Part shown: positions 40,401 through 46,829 of the stretch, piece after piece | Layout of the letters: each line of letters begins with the position of its first letter | Position numbering within the stretch: position 1 is the stretch's first letter | Origin: an uncultured Bacteroidales bacterium | GTDB lineage: Bacteria > Bacteroidota > Bacteroidia > Bacteroidales > VadinHA17 | NCBI GenBank assembly: GCA_963737255.1 | Contig: CAVTSB010000010.1 | Location: 71,492-135,491, forward strand | Direction: 5' to 3' | Length of the DNA: 64,000 nucleotides | The notes under the pieces: generated by a model | What the model saw: the letters and a program-made list of their open reading frames with translations, nothing else | Told to the model about the DNA's origin: nothing | Databases searched by the model: none | Translations under genes and position numbers: made by a program

Positions 40401-41142
40401 GCCATACAATTATGTCGTCATATACGATCCCGCCGGAGGCTTTGTCACCGGCGGCGGATGGATAGTTTCACCGGCCGGAGCTTATGTTCCCGATCCGGCC
40501 CTGATGGGCAAAGCCACATTTGGATTTGAATCCAGGTATAAGAAAGGCGCAAATGTTCCTTCTGGTAACACAGAATTCCAATTCCATGCTGCCGGAATGA
40601 ATTTTAAAAGCCAATCCTATGAATGGCTTGTAGTTGCCGGTTCGAAAGCCAGGTTCAAGGGTTCAGGTACTATTAATGATGCCGGTTGTTACAGTTTCAT
40701 GTTGTCTGCGATTGATGGTACACCGGATAAATTCAGGATAAGGATCTGGGATCCGGAAACAGAAACAACTGTCTATGATAACGAGATGAGTGCTTCTGAT
40801 ATCTCCGAACCAGTTACGGCAATCTCAGCCGGATCAATAGTTGTCCATAGTCCAAAGGGTAAATACAATATGATGGCTTCCGATTTTGGTATTAAAGCAT
40901 ACCCAAATCCATTCAATGATCATATCTATTTTGATATTCGCATGATGATCGATTCTGAAGTCACTCTCGAAATTTTCGATGCGGACGGATCAAAGATTGC
41001 TACTGTTTACAATGACATTGTGGTCGCTTATGAAAACTACACGTTTGAATATGTACCTGAAAACTTAAGGAGTGGCATACTGATATACCGTTTTACAGTC
41101 AACGGAAAACAGATGTTCTCAGGAAGGCTGATACATCATTAA
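37402..41142 (+). CDS. T9SS-secreted multidomain protein: C10 (streptopain-like) cysteine peptidase + FISUMP + PPC + Ig-like repeats + PKD + beta domain + T9SS C-terminal sorting domain
   Basis: The track ORF 37336 is extended at the 5' end; the ATG at 37402 gives signal peptide MKTLSRSISFYLTTCLLVSLVSV.
- C10 catalytic Cys in PAGCVAVAMAQIMKRW (codon 38059..38061); His in EEGHAFVCDGY (38494..38496).
- FISUMP: DGNIYNTVTIGEQTWMVENL...WHVPTDDEWKQLE...GFSVRCL.
- PPC-like: WYRF...WYYVKIRGYDNNVTGSYSINF.
- PKD: FDFGDGSS...HTYSKTGVFVVEVTLSD.
- CTD: KAYPNPFNDHIYFDI...LEIFDADGSKIATV. Confidence 0.85.
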   Translation: MKTLSRSISFYLTTCLLVSLVSVHKINSQPVDAVQAKLVAKSFFEERLSRSRDGAIKGISSQDLEFLLVHKENAGEGNDPKKGSEAMLVYYIFNVKDKTNLKDKKGFIIISADQRVPAVLGYSFTEEFSENDEKSAYKDWMDHYKEQINYAVENNLEPDPEVTDNWKKYSGIIELKGVEQLTEVTPLLSTIWNQNGYCNNLCPEDEDCINALNGHVPAGCVAVAMAQIMKRWNYPDANNPIPGYNSTNYGWQPDIPATPYNWSLMRDNIDFFNPDQPTSAQIEAVSTLIYHCGVSVQMKYGPGASGAGSPVNAFIDYFKYSPEIRDVDRSVYSDSDWEDMLRGELNEERPVYYSGYKNEQQEEGHAFVCDGYQDVEPYFHFNWGLGPGPDGYYYLSDLTPGSHDFRFVQWAIIGITPGSGSGSTVSDNDGNIYNTVTIGEQTWMVENLKTTKYNDATGIAYPGTNNDAWLNTSSGAYAWYGNNIANKDPYGALYNWYAVNTGKLCPAGWHVPTDDEWKQLETFMGMTPEELERYSYFRGTDEGGKLKEAGTDYWQSPNNCATNTYGFTALPGGFRIGDGWYNYISENGFWWTSSRNNEYDATGWSRYMNNNNCGVFRGITWVNDGFSVRCLLGELVETIPGDAGAFAYGYIGSAEEEKWYRFLTGPAGSYVIQTYGNTDTYMYLYNSEKNTILAEDNNGGEGAGNSRIIKDLSADTWYYVKIRGYDNNVTGSYSINFVPLPAAPTAKDQTVCSDGTGNQTLMANATAPEGSSVVWFTTPDGSVSTENPIQAGVGSITYYAASYNGTSECYSMTRTPVTLTINGLPTAVISGTALICEGNSAELSLSFTGEPPWSITYTDGTTPVTLSGISVSPYLITVAPFATTTYSLLAVGDANCSQELSGISAFVTINSNPEITGITADQVDPVPLQNEEATVYITAGFSDVDNNLISVAFDFGDGSSPETTALAGTETSIQVSHTYSKTGVFVVEVTLSDECSSVSMPYNYVVIYDPAGGFVTGGGWIVSPAGAYVPDPALMGKATFGFESRYKKGANVPSGNTEFQFHAAGMNFKSQSYEWLVVAGSKARFKGSGTINDAGCYSFMLSAIDGTPDKFRIRIWDPETETTVYDNEMSASDISEPVTAISAGSIVVHSPKGKYNMMASDFGIKAYPNPFNDHIYFDIRMMIDSEVTLEIFDADGSKIATVYNDIVVAYENYTFEYVPENLRSGILIYRFTVNGKQMFSGRLIHH

Positions 41143-41190
41143 TAGACGTTTACGGAATATAAGCCTCAGGTCATCATCGGAGATTTGAAT

Positions 41191-42723
41191 CTACTTTTTT
41201 CGATTATTCAGGATTCTCCAAAAGACTATTCCGAGCACAACCGGAATCCCGATTGCCATTAAATGCCTGACAAACGGCAATGATGGCTCGCTGATTATCG
41301 TATAGGTTATCTGGGCCAGGCTTAGTACCGAAAGAGCAAACAGGATAATATTCAGCCTCCTTTCATATAGCTTCTCAACAACTTCATGCCTTTCCACTTC
41401 ATCTTCATGGAATTGACGCTCCAGATTGTTTAATTCTGTTAACTCATCTTTCAATTCAGAACGCAACTCATTGATCTGCAGCTCTTTTATTAGCATATCA
41501 TAAATATCATTGTGCTGATGATAAACTGAGATTTTCGAAAAGATCGCTTTCAGGGAAATCCTGGTATACCGTTTCAGGTACTTTTTGATCTTTTCATGAT
41601 CATCCGGATCAACGTCAGTAACTTCTTTCATAAGCTGAAGGAAAATTGACCTTTGAATCATTCCAAGGATCACAACCCACAGGCTGTTTTTAAAAGAACC
41701 TGAATAATATGTCCTTATAAATTCCGGATCTGATTCTCCCGAATTGTTAAAAATAACCGATCCTTCAATGCTTGCAGCGAAGTAGATCTGCCTGTAGGGG
41801 TGAAGGATATCCTTATCGGATTGCAGGACTGAAGGGGACGGGGTAAAATCAAAGTCATATACATTTCGCAGGTAAAAAATGGCACTACGTATAAGGCTTT
41901 CATCGCCAATTTCAGCAAAAGTCTGAAAATAACTGAATGGCACAAAATGAAACGGAGTGACAAATTGAATCTCGCTGGTTTTATTTATTTCACAAAGCAA
42001 ATAATTAACAAGATCCCCTGGTCTCCAGCCGGCTTCCGGATTCACGGAATCAGCTTTTGGGAATAAGGGATTGCCGTTTGTTTTCAAAAGCAAAGCAGCC
42101 TTGCCTCTTTCCTCCGGTTTCTCATTCTGTGAAATGAGAAACGCTTCATTACTACGGCCAAACATTCGCAGAAGATAATTCATCCTCACAAAATCAGCCA
42201 GGTCTGGCACATTCTTGTTCCTGGCCGGTTTAATGAGCTCGATGCTAAACAAAAGTATGGCAATGCCTGTGTAGGAATGGTAAATTATCCTGAACGATGC
42301 AGGATCAATAAAAACCGCAAGTTTAATAAGTTTTTCAGGGCTTGCAGCAACATCGAACGGTTTATTCGACAACCAGTAGTTTTTGTTATTGAACATCCTG
42401 ACAGGCAGTGCGTTATTTCTTAACTTTAGTAACAGGCAGGCCGATTTGTCCGGCTTATTCCTTTTAATGTTCTTCGTAAAAAACTCTTTTACATGATCAA
42501 GAAGGAAATCAAGATGCGGAGTCTCTTCCTCAATTTTGGTCCAGACCTCATTTTCAACCGCTGCGTCATGGGATTCTTTTGAATTGAGCCGGAAAGGAAG
42601 CATCAGGTGAATTACTCCCTTTTCCAGTTTTATTGCGTTCATGTTGAAAAAGAATTTAGGTTTGTCAATTGATATATACGTACACATTTCTGACTTATCC
42701 ACCTGCCTCCATTCTCTGGTCAC
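41191..42723 (-). CDS. Uncharacterised protein: ~430-aa cytoplasmic domain, coiled coil, two C-terminal TM helices (CorA-like topology, no GMN motif)
   Basis: 510-aa ORF. Its GTG at 42723 overlaps the upstream TGA (GTGA); alternative ATG starts lie at MCTYIS or MNAIKLEK. The coiled coil is ELQINELRSELKDELTELNNLERQFHEDEVERHEVVEKLYERR. TM1 is LNIILFALSVLSLAQITYTII and TM2 is LMAIGIPVVLGIVFWRIL. I recognise no family. Confidence 0.7.
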   Translation of the reverse strand: MTREWRQVDKSEMCTYISIDKPKFFFNMNAIKLEKGVIHLMLPFRLNSKESHDAAVENEVWTKIEEETPHLDFLLDHVKEFFTKNIKRNKPDKSACLLLKLRNNALPVRMFNNKNYWLSNKPFDVAASPEKLIKLAVFIDPASFRIIYHSYTGIAILLFSIELIKPARNKNVPDLADFVRMNYLLRMFGRSNEAFLISQNEKPEERGKAALLLKTNGNPLFPKADSVNPEAGWRPGDLVNYLLCEINKTSEIQFVTPFHFVPFSYFQTFAEIGDESLIRSAIFYLRNVYDFDFTPSPSVLQSDKDILHPYRQIYFAASIEGSVIFNNSGESDPEFIRTYYSGSFKNSLWVVILGMIQRSIFLQLMKEVTDVDPDDHEKIKKYLKRYTRISLKAIFSKISVYHQHNDIYDMLIKELQINELRSELKDELTELNNLERQFHEDEVERHEVVEKLYERRLNIILFALSVLSLAQITYTIISEPSLPFVRHLMAIGIPVVLGIVFWRILNNRKK

Positions 42724-45053
42724 CCCACTCTGACCCCGATGACCAGTATATCATCTCTCTGGGGATATTCACCCATCCAATTTCCAAGGGATTTCTCCAG
42801 TTTTTTCCTTTGTTCAGGCATAGGCTGATCATGGATCTCCATAAGCAATTTTTTGAATTTTGCGCTGGTGAACCTGGAATTGTCATGTCCGCCGCCCTGG
42901 TCAATGAAACCATCTGAAAAAATATAAAAGGCATCACCTGCTTCAAGCTGAATCTCATGATTGGTAAATGGTTTATCATGAGAAAGATGGACTCCCACCG
43001 GCATCGGATCTGCTTTTATCTCCCTAAGTACCGATTCCCCGTTATTATTCTTTATGATATACAATGGGTTATGTGCGCCTGAATACTGCATTGTGTTCTT
43101 CTTACTGTCAATCACACATAAAGCTATATCCATACCATCCCTCGATTCCTCTTTATCCGCAGTCTGCCTTAGCGATAGTTTAATCTGCTTCCTTAGTTCA
43201 TTAAGGATCTGATTTGCCTGCGTAACCTCCCGTCTCTGAACAATTTCAGTCAGGTAACTCATTCCGAGCATGCTCATAAAGGCTGCGGGTACACCATGAC
43301 CGGTGCAATCAGCGGAAACCACTATGATATATTGCTTTACCTTTCTTATCCAGTAGAAATCACCGCTTACAATGTCTTTCGGTCTGTAAAAGATGAAATT
43401 ATCCTTCAGTAATTCATTTATGTCTGTTTCCGGGGGCAGGATCGCTGACTGTATTCTCTGCGCATAGAGTATGCTGGTGATTATTTCATCCTTCTGTCTG
43501 TTAGTGGTCTCATTCAACTCTTTTAATACTTCATTGGTTTTAATGATCTTCTCATTTTGTTCTGTGATCTTTTTGTTATCTTTTCTTTTCTGGGCATAGG
43601 CAAAAGCAATTACAATTACTATAAGTGCAATAGCACTTAATCCGCCGATCAGGGCATTCCTGAAAGTTTTCTGCTGTTTAATCCTGGCATCCTTGGCAAT
43701 TAACTGCGATTCCTGCAATTCTATCTGTTGCTGTTTCTTTTCAGTTTCATATCTGGTATTCATTTCCTGGATTACCCTGGTTTTATCTTCGGCAAATAAA
43801 CTGTCCTGAGTTGAAATAAGTATACCGGCAAATTCAATTGCTTTTTTATAGTTGCCAAGCTTGCTATAAGCAGTCATAAGCGAATTTGAAGCATCTTTTA
43901 CTGTTGGTAATAGTTTCATCTCCATAGCATCTTTAAGTGATTTGCTGGCATAAGAGATTGCCTGATTAAGAAATTCACGTTTCTGACCTGCCGTTTCAGC
44001 CGCGGAATCGGCCTTGGAAACATTTAAATTGGCTAAGCCGATACCTGTTACCGCTGTTCCCCATTTGTCACCAAGTTGTTCATATAATTCAAGCGCTTTG
44101 AGATAATATTCAGTCGCTTTGTCAAAAGATCCCTGTAGCAGGTGAGTTTCACCAAGATTGTGATAACTACCGGAAATACCTCTCTTGTTGCCAAGTTCTT
44201 CAAACAGCAAAAGGGCTTTATTATACCCTTTGGCTGCTTCCTCATAGAAGCCCTGTTTATTGTAGATATTACCAATATTATTGTAACATAATGACATTCC
44301 TCTTTTATCACCCATTTCTTCCCGTAATGCAAGAGCCTTTCTTAAATATTCAATCGCTTTATCATATGTACCCTGAGCATAGTGAACAAGACCGATATTG
44401 TTGTATGCGGCGGCCATATCCCTCTTTTCGCCAAGTTCTTCATAAATTTTAAGAGCTTTAAGATAAGACTCGATCGATTTTTCATATGATCCCTGATCGT
44501 AGTAAACAATGCCAAGACTATTACAACTCCTTGACATTCCTATTTTAAAATTAATTTTCTCAGCTGTTTCCAGAGATTTGGTATAATCTTCAATTGCTTT
44601 ATCATATAGACCCTTATCATGGTCGATATGGCCGATATTCAAATAAATAGTTGATATTTTCTCTTCGTCACCTATTTCTTCGGATATCTTAAGAGCCCTT
44701 TCAAAGTACTCAATTGCATTATCAAACGATTCTTTGGTCCCGAGATTTGCACCAACAGCAATCAGGCATTGGGCAATGTACTTTTTTGCATTGATGCTTT
44801 CAGCAACTTTAAGGGCTTCCAGGTAGTAGTACAACCCTGTATCGGGTAGCGTACTTCTGTATTGGTCCCCGAGCGCATAGAACAGTTTAACTTTATTGGT
44901 ATCATTCCGTGCAACTACAACAGCGTTTTTCAATGAGTCGATTAAGCGCTGGTCCTGTGAAAAAGCTTCTGAACAGGGCAGGAAGCCTGCGATAAATAAA
45001 ACCAATATTGATTTTAGGAAAAACTTTAGCTGGTTTTTCATAGATTGGAACAT
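42720..45053 (-). CDS. Signal-peptide/TPR-repeat sensor fused through one TM helix to a SpoIIE (PP2C-type) Ser/Thr phosphatase
   Basis: 777 aa. It has an N-terminal signal peptide (KSILVLFIAGFLPCSEAFSQ) and about 8 TPR units (repeating YNNIG..Y..QG.Y.KAIEYY.KAL). Next come a coiled coil, TM helix ALIGGLSAIALIVIVIAFAYA, and the SpoIIE domain (SGDFYWI...VSADCTGHGVPAAFMSMLG...DGMDIALCVID...FYIFSDGFIDQ...RDDILVIGVRV). Confidence 0.85.
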   Translation of the reverse strand: MFQSMKNQLKFFLKSILVLFIAGFLPCSEAFSQDQRLIDSLKNAVVVARNDTNKVKLFYALGDQYRSTLPDTGLYYYLEALKVAESINAKKYIAQCLIAVGANLGTKESFDNAIEYFERALKISEEIGDEEKISTIYLNIGHIDHDKGLYDKAIEDYTKSLETAEKINFKIGMSRSCNSLGIVYYDQGSYEKSIESYLKALKIYEELGEKRDMAAAYNNIGLVHYAQGTYDKAIEYLRKALALREEMGDKRGMSLCYNNIGNIYNKQGFYEEAAKGYNKALLLFEELGNKRGISGSYHNLGETHLLQGSFDKATEYYLKALELYEQLGDKWGTAVTGIGLANLNVSKADSAAETAGQKREFLNQAISYASKSLKDAMEMKLLPTVKDASNSLMTAYSKLGNYKKAIEFAGILISTQDSLFAEDKTRVIQEMNTRYETEKKQQQIELQESQLIAKDARIKQQKTFRNALIGGLSAIALIVIVIAFAYAQKRKDNKKITEQNEKIIKTNEVLKELNETTNRQKDEIITSILYAQRIQSAILPPETDINELLKDNFIFYRPKDIVSGDFYWIRKVKQYIIVVSADCTGHGVPAAFMSMLGMSYLTEIVQRREVTQANQILNELRKQIKLSLRQTADKEESRDGMDIALCVIDSKKNTMQYSGAHNPLYIIKNNNGESVLREIKADPMPVGVHLSHDKPFTNHEIQLEAGDAFYIFSDGFIDQGGGHDNSRFTSAKFKKLLMEIHDQPMPEQRKKLEKSLGNWMGEYPQRDDILVIGVRVG

Positions 45054-45356
45054 TGGTAATCTAAGACTATATGATATTCAATAATTTACCACTATGTATT
45101 TCCAGTCAATAAAGTTACAACATGTTAAAATCAAAGTCAATTTTATTTTGTCGGAGAATCCTTAAATTTCGCAGGTTTATTTTGCTGATATACAGGTCAC
45201 ATTTTAATTAGCAAACAGCTTCCTCAATATTATGGAAGTTGCTTGGCTTTGACGTTCGGATAACCTAAATTTACATCAATAAATCCGGCTTAAGTCAGTT
45301 GAATTTGCCAAAAGATTTAAGAGAATCAACCGGGAAGACTGAATTATTCTGAAATC

Positions 45357-46730
45357 ATGCAAATCTGGTCCGCCGAAATAAAAAACATTGAGAAGCTTTA
45401 TGAATCCTTTAAAGGTCACTTGCCTGATCTGGAAAAGGAACTGGTTCCTTTGATTGTAACGGATGATCCCAACGTTGTACTTCTCTATTCCAGAAGGTGC
45501 ATGGAAGTTATCATTACCGATCTTTGTGAGTATGAATTAAAAAGGTCCCGCAAGACAGAGCCATTGAAAGGAATCATTGATAAGCTGAACAAGGAAGAAA
45601 AGGTTCCCTCACATATAATCACTTCGATGGACAGCCTGAACAGCCTGTCGACTTTTGGCACCCATCCTAAGGATTATGACCCGGATCAGGTGAGACCTGT
45701 GTTAATATTTCTTGCAACAATTCTAAAGTGGTATCTGAAATATAAAAATGCCAGGTTTACCGGACTGACCGGGAATGAAACGAATGAGGCGACAACAGCT
45801 TCTTCAGGGGATGCCTTCCTGTTAGATGGACAGAGAGATCTTTTTGAATATAAGGGGAGAATTGATCCTGAGACGACAGATAAAATTTTAAAAGAACTGA
45901 CACAATCCAGGGGCTTCGAAAACCTTGACAAAACCACTGGTAAAAGGGTGTATGCAATTGTAGTGGAGTGTGTTGATAATATTTCAAGACACTCAGTTAA
46001 AAGGGCGTTTGATAAAAATTTACCGGATCCATATCTATTCGTGAGAAAAGAGAGGAAGGGGGTAATGATTATAGCCGGCAATCCTGTGTCTGAAAGCTGC
46101 AAAAGCCAGCTTACAGTCAGGTTGGATCAGATAAACAAGTCAGATAAGGGATCACTGAAAGCTTTATATGAAGAAAGAATGAACAGGGAACTTTCATGTG
46201 ATGAAAAAAGCGCCGGACTTGGATTTATTCTGATGGCATTAAAATCCGGAAGCGGAATAGAATACAGTTTCAACGATACTGATCAAAACTATCCGGTTTT
46301 TGAGGTAAGGATTTCCATTGATGATCATATTGTCAAAAAGCTTCTTATCGAAAAAACTGACAGTTCGCCGGAAATCCGGTTTGACTATAATAATAACACA
46401 TTTGAAATATGCGGCGAATCAAGGCCAAATGATGTTGCCGGATTCTATGGTACTTTATTGAAATGGCTCGACGATTTCATTTCATATCTTGCAGGTCAGA
46501 ATAGTGTTACTGAGCCTCTTAATTTCAACTTCAGGATTGACTACTTTAATTCATCCTCAGCAAAATATATTCTTGATTTCTGCAAAAAACTTGCCAGAAT
46601 GCGTGCCTGTGGATATAACGTGAATGTAAAATGGCACTATAAAGAAGATGATGAGGATATGCTTGATGCAGGTAAGGAGATGTCGGGAATGGCAAAGCTT
46701 CCGTTCAGCTTTATTCAGATTAAAGTATAA
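45357..46730 (+). CDS. Fusion protein: DUF4145-like helical N-domain + SiaB-like (slr1658-type) kinase module + SiaC-like (DUF1987) module
   Basis: 457 aa.
- aa ~1-130: RRCMEVIITDLCEY...IIDKLNKEEKVPSHIITSMDSLNSLSTFGTHP (DUF4145-like pattern).
- aa ~165-320: RVYAIVVECVDNISRHS...MIIAGNPVS...LDQINKSD...LKALYEERMN...SAGLGFILMALKSGSGIEYSF (SiaB-like).
- aa ~330-457: PEIRFDYNNNTFEICGESRPNDVAGFY...LNFNFRIDYFNSSSAKYILDF...VKWHYKEDDEDMLDAGKE...LPFSFIQI (DUF1987/SiaC-like).
Family assignment is from remembered consensus, not a search. Confidence 0.7.
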   Translation: MQIWSAEIKNIEKLYESFKGHLPDLEKELVPLIVTDDPNVVLLYSRRCMEVIITDLCEYELKRSRKTEPLKGIIDKLNKEEKVPSHIITSMDSLNSLSTFGTHPKDYDPDQVRPVLIFLATILKWYLKYKNARFTGLTGNETNEATTASSGDAFLLDGQRDLFEYKGRIDPETTDKILKELTQSRGFENLDKTTGKRVYAIVVECVDNISRHSVKRAFDKNLPDPYLFVRKERKGVMIIAGNPVSESCKSQLTVRLDQINKSDKGSLKALYEERMNRELSCDEKSAGLGFILMALKSGSGIEYSFNDTDQNYPVFEVRISIDDHIVKKLLIEKTDSSPEIRFDYNNNTFEICGESRPNDVAGFYGTLLKWLDDFISYLAGQNSVTEPLNFNFRIDYFNSSSAKYILDFCKKLARMRACGYNVNVKWHYKEDDEDMLDAGKEMSGMAKLPFSFIQIKV

Positions 46731-46829
46731 AATAACGTTTTCAAAAAAGCTTGAAAGAGCTATATATAGCCCGGTCTAAACAAAACTATCATAAGGTTTG
46801 TTTAACTTAGGCAAAAATAAATCTTATTC

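Noticed and set aside
46765-46776. 12-bp palindrome GCTATATATAGC downstream of the SiaB/SiaC-like gene and upstream of acnA (coordinates approximate).
   Set aside because: It has no loop and no flanking T-run, so it is not a convincing terminator. It is a single occurrence in AT-rich spacer, so chance is the likeliest explanation.
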